Below are positions 45,513 through 55,982 of a DNA stretch of 64,000 nt, piece after piece (positions within the stretch are counted from its first letter, which is position 1; each line of letters begins with the position of its first letter). The position numbers were made by a program, and so were the translations under genes. Below the pieces are notes generated by a model that worked only from the letters and a program-made list of their open reading frames with translations, was not told where the DNA came from and searched no databases. The DNA is from Saprospiraceae bacterium (GTDB taxonomy: Bacteria; Bacteroidota; Bacteroidia; Chitinophagales; Saprospiraceae), in assembly GCA_047626155.1 (NCBI GenBank), contig JBLHRR010000013.1, positions 270 to 64,269 of the forward strand, read 5' to 3'.

Positions 45513-46284
45513 AAAAAAGAACGCAACCTTTGTCCTGAATTTGTTCTGGTTGGTTTTGTTTTTCGTAGCAGCCATTTTAATAATTTGGTCCATCGAAAAG
45601 AAACAAGCCAAAATAACAGGAGAGTTGACGATAATAGTAGAAGACTTACCAGAAGGTAACAATCTACTTACAAAAGAGGATGTTTTGGAACGCTTACAGA
45701 AAAGTTTTGTTATAGGCTTGTCTGGACAGCCGGTAGGAGCGCTGGATGTAAAGCAGATAGAAGCAGTATTGGAAGAAGATCCTTTTGTGAAAGCTGCGGA
45801 AGTTTACATCAATGCAAAAAACAAAGTTCACATTGAATTGAAGCAAAGAGTACCATTGTTGCGAGTGATTGATGCAGAAGGAGAGAATTATTACTTAGAT
45901 AAAGCAGGCAACAAGATGCCGCTATCCAAACATTTTACCGCAAAGGTTTTAGTAGCGAATGGAAATATTCCACCGCACATTCCCAACTTTAGGGAAAAAC
46001 CAAAACATGCTTTGCGAGATTTGTTTGAATTGACAAATAGAATTTTAAAAGATGATTTTCTGGAACCATTAGTTGCACAGATTTACCGCGACAAAAAAGG
46101 GAGTTTTATACTGGTTCCAATCGTAGGAAATCAAAACATAGTCTTCGGACCTTATGAATCGGTAGAAGACAAGTTTTTTAGATTAGAGCAGTTTTATTTA
46201 AAAGCTGTACCATACACTGGATGGAATAAATACAAAACGATTAATCTGACATTCAAAAATCAGGTAGTTTGCGAAAAACGATAG
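45496..46284 (+). CDS. ftsQ: FtsQ-like cell division protein
   Basis: The ORF track starts at 45475. The ATG at 45496 gives a basic N-terminus followed by a TM helix (FVLNLFWLVLFFVAAILIIW) and a POTRA-like region. It overlaps the end of murC. Confidence 0.75.
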   Translation: MKKKNKKKNATFVLNLFWLVLFFVAAILIIWSIEKKQAKITGELTIIVEDLPEGNNLLTKEDVLERLQKSFVIGLSGQPVGALDVKQIEAVLEEDPFVKAAEVYINAKNKVHIELKQRVPLLRVIDAEGENYYLDKAGNKMPLSKHFTAKVLVANGNIPPHIPNFREKPKHALRDLFELTNRILKDDFLEPLVAQIYRDKKGSFILVPIVGNQNIVFGPYESVEDKFFRLEQFYLKAVPYTGWNKYKTINLTFKNQVVCEKR

Positions 46285-46331
46285 GATGATCCCATTTTCC
46301 GATTTTTTAAGCACTGCCAAAAAATTATACT

Positions 46332-47690
46332 ATGATGGATAACTTTAGTACAACACAAAAAAACCAAGTAGTTGTTGCCCTGGATATTGGGACTACAAAG
46401 GTATGTGCTATCGCGGGTCGTAAAGACGAACATGGAAAAATTGAAATCCTCGGTATTGGCAAAGTAGAATCTTCTGGTGTTTCCAGAGGCGTTGTTTCCA
46501 ATATTGAAAAGACAGTGAAAGCAATCAAAGAAGCGGTTGCTTCTGCTGAGCGCAACTCTGGTCAGGAAATCAAAATCGTGCATGTTGGAATTGCAGGTCA
46601 GCATATCAAAACTTTGCAACACCGCGGTATCCTTACCCGTGACAACGATTTGCAGGAAATTGATCAATCTGATATCGATCGTTTAATCAGTGACATGTAC
46701 AAATTGGTTTTACCTCCAGGAGATAAAATCTTACACGTTATTCCACAAGAATATACTGTTGACAACGAGCAGGGAATCACCGATCCAATTGGGATGTCTG
46801 GTGTTCGCCTCGAAGCCAACTTCCACATTATAACTGGTCAGATCACAGCCTCTAATAATATCTACCGTTGTATCGAACGCGTAGGTTTACGTGTGGCAGA
46901 TATGACTTTGGAGCCAATTGCTTCTGCTGCCTCAGTATTGAGTCAGGAAGAAAAAGAAGCAGGGGTTGCATTGGTAGATATCGGAGGCGGTACTACAGAT
47001 ATTACCATTTTCCAAGACGGCATCATTCGGCACACCGCTGTGATTCCTTTTGGAGGAGACGTTATTACAAAAGATATCAAGGAAGGCTGTACTGTAATGG
47101 AGCAACAGGCTGAAAAGCTGAAAGTGAAATTTGGTTCTGCATTATCTGAAGAGGTTTTTGAAAACAGAGTGATTACAATTCCTGGTTTGAAAGGCCATGA
47201 GCCAAAGGAAATTTCTGAAAAGAATCTGGCTTTGATTATTCAGGCAAGAGTAGAGGAAATTTTGGACTATGTGGTTTGGGAAATCCGTCGCTCTGGTTAT
47301 GATACCAAGTTGATTGGAGGCCTAGTTTTGACAGGTGGAGGATCATTGTTAGAACATATTGAAAAGTTGACAGCTTACCACACTGGTTTTAGTACACGTA
47401 TCGGAATGCCTATCGAGCACCTGGCACATGGCTACAATGAAAAAGTATGCAGCCCTATTTATGCAACCGCGATTGGCTTGCTCATCAATGGCATTAAGAG
47501 CGTAGAAAGTGGAAAGGTGGTTTACAAAAAAGTAGAAGTGGAGGAACCTGTAACTGTTGATGCCATTATTGAAGAGGAAGAAAAAGCAGCAGCAGAAGCT
47601 ATTCAACTTGCAGAAGATTCCAAATGGTATGAAAAGCTTTTTAATAAAACAAAAGAGTGGTTCGAGGCTGAGAGGGATACGGAATTTTAA
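46332..47690 (+). CDS. ftsA: cell division protein FtsA
   Basis: 452 aa with an actin-like ATPase fold (VVALDIGTTKVCAI, VDIGGGTTDI, LTGGGS) and a C-terminal amphipathic helix (WYEKLFNKTKEWF). Confidence 0.95.
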   Translation: MMDNFSTTQKNQVVVALDIGTTKVCAIAGRKDEHGKIEILGIGKVESSGVSRGVVSNIEKTVKAIKEAVASAERNSGQEIKIVHVGIAGQHIKTLQHRGILTRDNDLQEIDQSDIDRLISDMYKLVLPPGDKILHVIPQEYTVDNEQGITDPIGMSGVRLEANFHIITGQITASNNIYRCIERVGLRVADMTLEPIASAASVLSQEEKEAGVALVDIGGGTTDITIFQDGIIRHTAVIPFGGDVITKDIKEGCTVMEQQAEKLKVKFGSALSEEVFENRVITIPGLKGHEPKEISEKNLALIIQARVEEILDYVVWEIRRSGYDTKLIGGLVLTGGGSLLEHIEKLTAYHTGFSTRIGMPIEHLAHGYNEKVCSPIYATAIGLLINGIKSVESGKVVYKKVEVEEPVTVDAIIEEEEKAAAEAIQLAEDSKWYEKLFNKTKEWFEAERDTEF

Positions 47691-47732
47691 TATGGTAATA
47701 CTGTTACATAAAAGGATAAAAAAGCTGAGCTA

Positions 47733-47856
47733 AGTAACAACGAAAAATTAAATCCCGATTTGGAAACAATTATATAAATCAAAACGATCATAGGGAGAGT
47801 GGTTTACATAATTGTTTCCACGAAAAAAGGCGGGAAATTATTTTTGGTGTAATACT
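47733..47856 (+). repeat. family-1 long-hairpin element, canonical copy between ftsA and ftsZ
   Basis: Full architecture is present. The loop is AAAACGATCATAGGGAGAG. It shares the A:T compensatory inner-stem variant with the murD-ftsW copy. Confidence 0.9.
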
Positions 47857-47933
47857 AAATATCAGCAACTGAAATTATTAAGACTTAAGGATCGATTTAT
47901 TTAAACTTATTTAAACTCAAAAAAAGAAATATC

Positions 47934-49361
47934 ATGTTCGATATACCCAAAGAAGAAGGATCAATAATCAAGGTCATCGGTGTAGGTGGCGGTGGTAGCA
48001 ATGCGGTCTCTAACATGTTCCGTCAAGGAATCGTTGGTGTAGACTTCGCGATTTGTAACACAGATAACCAAGCGATGGACTTAAGTCCAGTACCTACAAA
48101 AATTTGTTTAGGTCCTGAATTGACGGAAGGCCGTGGAGCGGGTTCCCGCCCGACGATCGGAAAGCAAGCTTGTCAGGAATCCATAGAGGAAGTAAAAGTA
48201 TTTTTAGCTAATAATACCAAGATGTTATTCGTCACTGCAGGTATGGGCGGTGGTACCGGAACAGGTGCTGCACCAATTATTGCCAAAGCTGCACAGGAGA
48301 TGGACATCCTTACAATTGGTATTGTGACGTTACCATTTACTTTTGAAGGAAGAAAAAGAACGACTCAAGGAGTTGAAGGATTGGAAGAGCTAAAAGCAAA
48401 TGTAGATTCATTGATTGTTATTTCTAATGATAAATTGCGCCAGATTCATGGTAACTTATCACTAGGGGAGGCCTTCTGCGAAGCGGATAGTGTATTGACG
48501 ACTGCGGCCAAAGGTATTGCAGAAATCATCACAGTAGCCGGTTATGTAAACGTGGATTTCGAAGATGTAAACACTGTTATGCGTAGCTCAGGAGTTGCCA
48601 TTATGGGAACCTCACAAGCAGAAGGAGAAGATAGAGCGAAGCGTGCCGTTGATGAAGCATTGAACTCTCCATTATTGGAAGACAACCACATCAAAGGAGC
48701 ACAGCACATTCTGTTGAATATCACTTCTGGTACCAAGGAAGTAACAATGGATGAAGTTTTTGAGATTACAGAATTCGTTCAGGAGGAAGCGGGTTATGGA
48801 ACCAACTTAATCTGGGGTAACTGCTTTGATGAGACCTTGGGTGATGCCATTTCCGTAACGGTTATTGCTACTGGATTTGAGCATATAGAAAAGGATCAGG
48901 AAGCACCAGAAACAGAGAAGGTTCGTATTTCACTGGATGAAGACGATAGGAATAAACCAGGTTTCTACGAAGTTGGACACAATGATGGAGATAAAGCGAA
49001 GACTGTCGAATTCGATGATGTTCGTGACTCTCTAACAAGATACAACCGAACTGGATACTCTTACGAAGAACCTTATTTGAAAAGCGAGGAAAAGAAGCAG
49101 TTGGAAATGGAGCGTCGCTTATTGCAGGAGGAAGAAGCTTTGCGAAGAGAGAAAGAACGCTTACGTAATGCAAGAGTGAAGCTAAGCAACCCAAACACGG
49201 TAAGTGATTTGGAAAACCAACCGGCCTACCTTCGTAGAAGAGTAAATTTGGACGACAATCCAAAATCAGAAGAACTCAATCGTTCTCGTTGGACCATCAG
49301 CGATGATGAAGAACCAGAATTAAAATCGGACAATAGTTATCTGCATGATAATGTAGACTAG
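47934..49361 (+). CDS. ftsZ: cell division GTPase FtsZ
   Basis: 475 aa. GVGGGGSNAV and the tubulin signature GGGTGTGAAP are present, with a C-terminal QPAYLRRRV peptide followed by a ...SYLHDNVD tail. Confidence 0.97.
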   Translation: MFDIPKEEGSIIKVIGVGGGGSNAVSNMFRQGIVGVDFAICNTDNQAMDLSPVPTKICLGPELTEGRGAGSRPTIGKQACQESIEEVKVFLANNTKMLFVTAGMGGGTGTGAAPIIAKAAQEMDILTIGIVTLPFTFEGRKRTTQGVEGLEELKANVDSLIVISNDKLRQIHGNLSLGEAFCEADSVLTTAAKGIAEIITVAGYVNVDFEDVNTVMRSSGVAIMGTSQAEGEDRAKRAVDEALNSPLLEDNHIKGAQHILLNITSGTKEVTMDEVFEITEFVQEEAGYGTNLIWGNCFDETLGDAISVTVIATGFEHIEKDQEAPETEKVRISLDEDDRNKPGFYEVGHNDGDKAKTVEFDDVRDSLTRYNRTGYSYEEPYLKSEEKKQLEMERRLLQEEEALRREKERLRNARVKLSNPNTVSDLENQPAYLRRRVNLDDNPKSEELNRSRWTISDDEEPELKSDNSYLHDNVD

Positions 49362-49472
49362 TCGTTGAAAAAATAGCTGGGCAATCTCTTTATCTATCTT
49401 TTGGGTGTAATCCTTAATACCCGAAATAATATATTGTCCACCAAAATAGTTTAAATAAGTTATCCTTATCCA

Positions 49473-49509
49473 CAGGGCATTTCGATTAGTTCGGGATGCC
49501 TTGTTTTTT
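49473..49509 (+). terminator. intrinsic terminator ending the dcw cluster
   Basis: A 13-bp stem (with G.T pairs) joins 49473-49485 and 49491-49503, followed by TTTTTT. Confidence 0.65.
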
Positions 49510-50047
49510 ATTATATATTAAATGTTGCGCGATTGCAATATTTTTTAGCTAAATATTTGTCAAATAAAGATATTTAACTAATTTTATGTCAACAACTCCA
49601 ACCAACTCAAATCAAAAGGCTTTCCAAAAGCCGAGAATTACCTTGTTTTTGAAATTAAGCTTTGTGCTTAACTCTAAATTTTTAACTGATTAAATATAAA
49701 AGCCTATTTAGGTTTGTGCACTAAGATGGAATGTCTTGTGGATGTATTGTTATGTGTGTGACAGATCGTTTTGAAAGGTTTACTAAAATTGATATTATTC
49801 TTCGCCGTTTACAGCGGTAACAACTATTTTTTATAAATAGAACTGTTTCTATTCTTTTTTAGATTCCAGTTTTGAAAAACATCGCGGGTTAGTGATTATG
49901 TCAGGGAGTGTTTTATTGCACTCGCTTGGGTTAAATTGCTTTGTTCTTTTCCATCTTTGGTTATGGGAAAGTATTGTTGTGTGTAGATGGAGAATTATTG
50001 TTTGAACATTAACATTACTACTTTATAACCTTTTTAAAACTGTGATT

Positions 50048-51829
50048 ATGAAAAAAAGATTTACAAAATTATTAACAGTAATAGCCTTATTTCTACTGCC
50101 CTTTTCTTTGGTAGAGATACAGGCACAAGGAGAAACATGTGTAACAGCTTTGGCTGTAGCTGCGGGTCCTCATACCGCTGATGGCGCAGCATCTGGAAGC
50201 GGAGCATCTAATACTTGCTATTCAAGTGCTACCCATGCGGATTGGTATTCTTATACTGCACCGGCTGATGGTTTTGTTGACATTAGTGCCTGCCTGGGCG
50301 GAGTGGATACAAGACTTAGCGTATATGATGCTTGTGGGGGAACCTGTATTGCAAGTGATGATGACACCTGTCCATTTGCACCAGATGGTTCTGGAAGCTC
50401 TTATGCCTCGGAAGTGACTGGTATCGAAATGTGTAGTGGCAATACCATTTATATTGAATGGGATGACAGGTGGTCAACAAGCGGTTTTAACTGGAATTTG
50501 ACTTTTACTCCAGGTTCTCCTGCTGGTTGTGGTACTCCTACAGTGACTTGTGGTGCAACCACGAATGAGACATATTGTTATACTACCAACGATGCGACAA
50601 CTTGGGGCTATGTTTCCTCAGATGGGACTAGTCCTTTGACGCTTTCCTTTAATTTCGGTGGAATAGAATCCTGTTGTGATAATATAACGATCTATGATGG
50701 TTCCGATAATACCGGTACTGTATTATTTTCAGGAGCCAATGGAGGTGATTTGACAGGCGTAACGGCTACCTCTACCGGTTCTAATATTTTTATGGAAGTC
50801 GATTCAGATAGCTCAATAGATTGTGCTAGTGGTTCCGGTTGTTGTACTACGAGCTGGGATTGGGATGTGGATTGTACAGTTCCTGAGAATGATCTTTGTG
50901 CAAATGCAATGCTTATTTCATCTGGTTCCAGTACAGGAGGGACAACAGTTTATGCAACAACTACTGGTGAGCCACCAACATGCGTTACCACCGTTACTGC
51001 TGGAGGTGTCTGGTATGTTTATAACTCTATTACTGCAGAGACCGTAACAGTAGACATATGTGGGGCGCCTTATGATTCAAAAATAGGAGTATATTCAGGA
51101 TCTTGTGGTGGTTTTACCTGTGTAATTGGAGAGGATGATGATTTTTCAATTTGTGGCACCGATGACCCTTCTGTAGAGTTTGTTACAACCGCGAGTTTTG
51201 CGGCTGAGGACTACTACATATATGTAAATGGTTTTGGAGGAGGTCAGGGTACTTTTGTAATAACAATTGCAGGAGTGCCTCTCCCAGTAGAACTCATTTC
51301 TTTCGAAGGCCAAACCATTGAGAAAGAAAACAAACTTACTTGGGTCACCGCTTCCGAGGAAAACACCGAATGGCACATCATTGAGCGATCTATCGATGGC
51401 CAAAAAGACTGGACAGAAATCGGAAGAACTCGTGCGGCAGGTACGACAGCTGAACTTCAGCGATATGAAATGATGGACAGAGCTCCTTTGGCTCAAGCTT
51501 ACTATCGGGTGAAGTCTGTTGATTATGACCTTCGTTTTGAGTACTCTAATTTGGTTGAACTACAAAGAGAAGATGCACCTGGTGACATCACGGTATATCC
51601 AAACCCAGTAAGTCAGGAATTAAATGTTGACTTCACTTTAGCGAAAGCACAAGAAGTGAGTATTGATATTTCTGATGTAACGGGTAAGTTGATCTCTGTA
51701 GAAAATTTCGAGGCTTCACGTGGGCTTAACAACCATAACATCAATTTCAGTAACTTGAATAGCGGTGTATACTTTGTGACGATGACCAGCTCCAATGGGA
51801 CGGTTACCAAACGAGTAGTGAAGAACTAA
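50048..51829 (+). CDS. secreted T9SS cargo protein with PPC-like and CUB-like domains
   Basis: The ATG at 50048 gives MKKRFTKLLTVIALFLLPFSLV. Two Cys-rich PPC-like modules are present (DWYSYTAPADGFVDISAC...RLSVYDAC). There is a CUB-like block (CCDNITIYDGSDNTGTVLFSG...SNIFMEVDSDSS) and a C-terminal T9SS sorting domain (VYPNPVSQELNV...GVYFVTMTS). Confidence 0.6.
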   Translation: MKKRFTKLLTVIALFLLPFSLVEIQAQGETCVTALAVAAGPHTADGAASGSGASNTCYSSATHADWYSYTAPADGFVDISACLGGVDTRLSVYDACGGTCIASDDDTCPFAPDGSGSSYASEVTGIEMCSGNTIYIEWDDRWSTSGFNWNLTFTPGSPAGCGTPTVTCGATTNETYCYTTNDATTWGYVSSDGTSPLTLSFNFGGIESCCDNITIYDGSDNTGTVLFSGANGGDLTGVTATSTGSNIFMEVDSDSSIDCASGSGCCTTSWDWDVDCTVPENDLCANAMLISSGSSTGGTTVYATTTGEPPTCVTTVTAGGVWYVYNSITAETVTVDICGAPYDSKIGVYSGSCGGFTCVIGEDDDFSICGTDDPSVEFVTTASFAAEDYYIYVNGFGGGQGTFVITIAGVPLPVELISFEGQTIEKENKLTWVTASEENTEWHIIERSIDGQKDWTEIGRTRAAGTTAELQRYEMMDRAPLAQAYYRVKSVDYDLRFEYSNLVELQREDAPGDITVYPNPVSQELNVDFTLAKAQEVSIDISDVTGKLISVENFEASRGLNNHNINFSNLNSGVYFVTMTSSNGTVTKRVVKN

Positions 51830-51960
51830 TGATTCTTTAATTTGATACTATAAAATCAATTATAAAAAGAGTATCCCGTCAATTAACTTTGGCGGGATAC
51901 TTTTTTTATTGGCTTCAATGTGTAATTTTGATCTTTATTTCAAAATTACAATGACAGCTT

Positions 51961-53220
51961 ATGAATATCCAGAAAATTACTCTACCTCTTTTATTACTTG
52001 TTTTGCTTTTAAGCAGTGCCTGCAAAACCACCAAACTCCTCTCCGATCAATCCATTAGCATCGAAGCCATCAAAAAAGACGTCTACTTCCTTGCCGATGA
52101 CAAACTCGAAGGTCGCGAAATAGGAACCAATGGCGAACTCATCGCAGCAGAGTACATCGTTAAGCGATTCAAAGAAATTGGAGTTGCACCTGTCGGAACC
52201 GACGGGAGCTATTACCAATCCTTCACTGGAAAAGCAGAAGTAGATCCTCACGGAAACAAGGTCGACAGCGAAAATAAGCCACCACGTGGAATTAATGTTA
52301 TCGGTTTCTTAGATAACAGCGCCCCTACAACAATCATCATCGGAGCTCATTATGATCACTTGGGTTATGGTAAATTCGGATCACTTCATGCTGGAGAGCC
52401 GGAAATTCATAACGGAGCGGACGACAATGCCTCTGGAGTTTCGGCTATGTTGCAACTGGCGGAGCATTTGAAAAATCGATACACTGCTAATAACTATTTG
52501 TTAATTGCTTTCTCAGGTGAAGAAAAAGGATTGTGGGGCTCGAACTACTTTTCTAAAAATCCAACCATCGAAAAAAGCACGATGAACTATATGATCAATC
52601 TGGATATGGTGGGACGTTTGAAACCAGAAAAAACCATTGCTATTAATGGGGTAGGGACCTCTCCTTCTTGGGTACCCGTAATTGATAAACTCAAAGTAAA
52701 TGGCCTCAAACCCGTAACGACAGAATCAGGAATTGGCCCTTCTGATCATACTTCCTTTTATTTAATTGATGTCCCAGCTATTGCTTTTTTTACGGGACAG
52801 CATGCTGATTACCACAAACCAACAGATGATGCTGATAAGGTCAATTACCCTGGAATTCAGTCGGTTGTGCAATATGTTGATGCTTTGATTGGGAAATTGA
52901 ATGGCCGTGGAAAATTGACATTCACTAAAACAAAAGACGATTCGATGGGAGGTGACACCCCGCGTTTTACAGTCACCTTAGGTGTTATGCCTGATTATTT
53001 GTTCGGAGACAAAGGAATGCGCATAGATGGTGTTAGAGAAGGCCGCCCAGCTTCTAATGCGAAGATGTTGGCTGGTGATATTGTCATCCAAATGGGAGAG
53101 CACAAAGTGGACGACATGAATGGCTATATGGATGCCTTAAGTAAGTTTAAAAAAGGAGATACGACAGTTGTGAAATTTAAAAGAGGGGAGGAGTTGATGG
53201 AGACAACTGTTAACTTTTAA
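51961..53220 (+). CDS. M28-family aminopeptidase with C-terminal PDZ domain
   Basis: 419 aa with a lipoprotein-like signal (LLSSACK), the M28 metal-site context (GAHYDHLGYG, NGADDNASGVSAML, FSGEEKGLWGS) and a PDZ-like C-terminus (GDIVIQMGEHKVDDMNGYMDAL). Confidence 0.8.
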   Translation: MNIQKITLPLLLLVLLLSSACKTTKLLSDQSISIEAIKKDVYFLADDKLEGREIGTNGELIAAEYIVKRFKEIGVAPVGTDGSYYQSFTGKAEVDPHGNKVDSENKPPRGINVIGFLDNSAPTTIIIGAHYDHLGYGKFGSLHAGEPEIHNGADDNASGVSAMLQLAEHLKNRYTANNYLLIAFSGEEKGLWGSNYFSKNPTIEKSTMNYMINLDMVGRLKPEKTIAINGVGTSPSWVPVIDKLKVNGLKPVTTESGIGPSDHTSFYLIDVPAIAFFTGQHADYHKPTDDADKVNYPGIQSVVQYVDALIGKLNGRGKLTFTKTKDDSMGGDTPRFTVTLGVMPDYLFGDKGMRIDGVREGRPASNAKMLAGDIVIQMGEHKVDDMNGYMDALSKFKKGDTTVVKFKRGEELMETTVNF

Positions 53221-53266
53221 GCGTTAGCTATTAAATCCAACTTATTAAATCCAACTATTGTGTTAT

Positions 53267-53309
53267 AAAAAAGCCCATGATTTTCTTTTTAGGAAATCGT
53301 GGGCTTTTA
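53267..53309. terminator. bidirectional intrinsic terminator between convergent genes
   Basis: AAGCCCATGATTT (53271-53283) pairs with AAATCGTGGGCTT (53294-53306) with one G.T. It is flanked by an A-run and a T-run. Confidence 0.8.
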
Positions 53310-53354
53310 CATTTTTATTAATCTAATAAAGCTAGTGGCCTTATTAAGTTATCA

Positions 53355-53390
53355 ATGCGATAGTGGGAAGTTTACGTTTACGTTAAAAGT
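53355..53390 (+). repeat. family-2 (GTGGGAAG) unit outside the dcw cluster
   Basis: The sequence is ATGCGATAGTGGGAAGTTTACGTTTACGTTAAAAGT, with GTGGGAAG at 53363-53370. Confidence 0.6.
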
Positions 53391-53394
53391 TGAT

Positions 53395-53772
53395 TTATCC
53401 TCCCGTTTCCTGTCGAAGGACCTTAATTTGACTTTCCCATAATTGACGTTGATCGTCTTCTTCTCCTTCGTCACAATAATCGGTGATCTCAAGGATGGTT
53501 TCATTAGTAACAGGAGATTTACGGAATCGGAATTCTAGATACTCGTCTTCATCGGCGTCTTCCCATCTGAAGCGTACTCTATCGTCTTCTATATCATCAA
53601 TAAGCTCAGCGACTTCCTCTGAACCGTTCCAGGAGAAGGTGTACACATCATCCTGAATGTCTACTTTGTCACAAAACCAACGAACCAAGCAAGCAGGAGT
53701 GGTCATGAAAGTGTAAAGGATCGTCGGGGACGCTCTAAACAAAAATTCGATTTCTACGGAGACTCTATTCAT
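53395..53772 (-). CDS. START/SRPBCC-like (AHSA1-type) small acidic protein
   Basis: The ORF track gives 53395..53904. The ATG at 53770-53772 gives a ~125-aa protein (MNRVSVEIEFLFRASPTILYTFMTTPACLVRWF). The family is from memory and is moderate only. Confidence 0.5.
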   Translation of the reverse strand: MNRVSVEIEFLFRASPTILYTFMTTPACLVRWFCDKVDIQDDVYTFSWNGSEEVAELIDDIEDDRVRFRWEDADEDEYLEFRFRKSPVTNETILEITDYCDEGEEDDQRQLWESQIKVLRQETGG

Positions 53773-54120
53773 AAAGGAAATATGGATTTGATCTTTGACA
53801 AAGAAAACAGTGATTAGGTCAAAGAAGCGTACAGTTATTACACAAAAATTTGTTTGCACAAAGTGTATTAGCGGCAATAAGAAATAAATATCTGGCTTTT
53901 CCAAATTTTAAATTCATCAATTGTGGATATTCTCATTAAAAACCCTTATTTTAGGACAGATCGCATGATTAATACCCATCACCTCGCTTTTTACAAGAAT
54001 CATTACCGTTTTCAAGCTCAAAAGATAAGGAAGAAAGCTCTTGTATTCCTGCACTTGACAAGCAGAGATAAAAAGCTTACTTTTGCGCCGTATTTGAGAG
54101 ATGTTGGGCAATTGTACATC

Positions 54121-54237
54121 AAAAAAAATTAACTTAGATCGCTGCAATCATTTTTTTAATGCAAAACGACCACAGGGAGAGTGCTTTAACTAAATGATTG
54201 AGAGTATAGTGATCTAAATTATTTTTTGTGTCATAAT
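54121..54237 (+). repeat. family-1 long-hairpin element, second divergent copy (different stems, same loop and flanks)
   Basis: The 5' flank is AAAAAAAATTAA. TTAGATC (54134-54140) pairs with GATCTAA (54211-54217), and CAATCATTT (54145-54153) pairs with AAATGATTG (54192-54200). The loop is AAAACGACCACAGGGAGAG and the 3' flank is AATTATTTTTTGTGTCATAAT. Confidence 0.75.
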
Positions 54238-54696
54238 GATATTTCAATAATTTAGAATTGAATTTCTGTTTTTCTCATCACCGATTCACTTACGGACCCC
54301 ATTCTAACAAATTTTTAAGTTTTTACGCTATACTATTTTTAATAAATTAGCGTCTATTTAATCCCATCGAAAAAATCTTCTTAACGGAAGAACTGACTTC
54401 AACACGCTTTTACACACCTATCTGCTTTGGCAGGTAGCTAAAACGAGAATACCTATTAAATCTGAACTTCATACGTATATTCGCTGTTAAATATATTGTA
54501 TGGGCTATCGGATCTAATAGGAAAAGTGACTTAATATTAAAAATAAGCCTTATTAGTAAGTGAGTGATTGTCTATTTATAGTTGGGAGTTATAGCTTTAC
54601 ATAGAATTAGAGGTAACAAATCAGCAAAAAGACCATTATTCAACCTTATGAAAAGACAGATTTCTTTTTACATATAAATTTATAAACTGTTATTGC

Positions 54697-55566
54697 ATGA
54701 GACAACTTAAAATTACAAAATCAATTACCAATCGGGAAAGTCAATCCTTAGAGAAGTACCTGCAGGAAATTGGAAAAGTTGATCTGTTAACCCCCGAAGA
54801 AGAGGTGGATTTAGCTAAAAAAATCAAGCAAGGAGACCAAGCGTCCCTTGAAAAACTAACAAAAGCTAATCTCCGTTTCGTAGTTTCCGTGGCCAAACAG
54901 TATCAAAACCAAGGTCTATCTCTCTCTGATTTGATCAACGAAGGTAATCTAGGTCTTATCAAAGCCGCTCAGCGTTTTGATGAAACCAGAGGTTTTAAAT
55001 TTATCTCTTACGCAGTATGGTGGATTCGTCAGTCTATTCTTCAAGCACTCGCAGAACAATCTCGTATCGTTCGTCTTCCCCTCAATAAAGTTGGATCTCT
55101 AAACAAGATCAATAAAGCTTTCTCTGAGCTGGAACAAGAATTCGAAAGAGAACCCTCTTCTGAGGAATTAGCGGAGATGCTAGAAATACCGACTGAAGAA
55201 GTAGAAACAACACTTGGGGTCGCTGCCCGTCACGTATCTATGGATGCTCCATTCGTAGAAGGAGAGGATAACTCTCTATTAGACGTGTTGGAAAACAGCG
55301 GAACACCTGGTACCGACAAAGCTTTGGAATACAAGGAGTCTTTGAGCCGTGAAATCAACCGCTCACTTAGCACCCTTACTGATCGCCAATGCGACGTTAT
55401 CAAACTTTATTTCGGTATAGGTATAGAACACCCCATGTCTTTGGAAGATATCGGAGACAAATTCGGTCTCACCAGAGAACGTGTTCGCCAAATTAAGGAC
55501 AAAGCCATCAACAAATTGCGTAACACTTCAAGAAGTAAATTACTCAAGAATTATTTGGGCGCTTAA
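54697..55566 (+). CDS. rpoD: primary RNA polymerase sigma factor (Bacteroidetes sigma-A type)
   Basis: 289 aa. It begins [15 protein letters not shown]. Region 2 ([45 protein letters not shown]) and region 4 ([18 protein letters not shown]) are present. Confidence 0.92.
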   Translation: MRQLKITKSITNRESQSLEKYLQEIGKVDLLTPEEEVDLAKKIKQGDQASLEKLTKANLRFVVSVAKQYQNQGLSLSDLINEGNLGLIKAAQRFDETRGFKFISYAVWWIRQSILQALAEQSRIVRLPLNKVGSLNKINKAFSELEQEFEREPSSEELAEMLEIPTEEVETTLGVAARHVSMDAPFVEGEDNSLLDVLENSGTPGTDKALEYKESLSREINRSLSTLTDRQCDVIKLYFGIGIEHPMSLEDIGDKFGLTRERVRQIKDKAINKLRNTSRSKLLKNYLGA

Positions 55567-55659
55567 AAAGCCCTTACCCATTTTTCGTTTAGAGCATTGC
55601 GATAAGCAATTATAGTATTGCCCTTAACCATGATGAAATATAACAAAGAAATAACTACT

Positions 55660-55694
55660 GCGCCTCGGATTGATTTCCGGGGCGCTTTTTTTTT
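55660..55694 (+). terminator. intrinsic terminator of rpoD
   Basis: GCGCCTCGG (55660-55668) pairs with CCGGGGCGC (55677-55685) with one G.T, followed by a run of nine T. Confidence 0.8.
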
Positions 55695-55982
55695 GCGAGC
55701 CCCGTTTTTTTGCGAGTCCCGAGCGGCGGCTCGGGTGAATGTAGGGTTGACTCCTCTAGGGGCTTTCGGGAGATACGAAAATACCTCGCTCGGATGTCCT
55801 TTCATGAAAATATAAGGATCGAAAGTATTGCTTCTGTCTAAAGTAGTATTTTCAAAACCTTCTCCGTAAATTTGCATCGTTTTAGACTACCTACCGTTAT
55901 AATTTAAACACCATTAAATTAGCAATGTCCACAATTACCATTGTTGCTATTTTTTTTTAAAACCATTTAATCTTTACCATTC

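Noticed and set aside
53917-54147. Two overlapping ORFs on opposite strands (53917-54147 on -, 53923-54132 on +) upstream of rpoD.
   Set aside because: They are mutually exclusive, basic and low-complexity with no domain. One runs into the family-1 element. There is no supporting signal.
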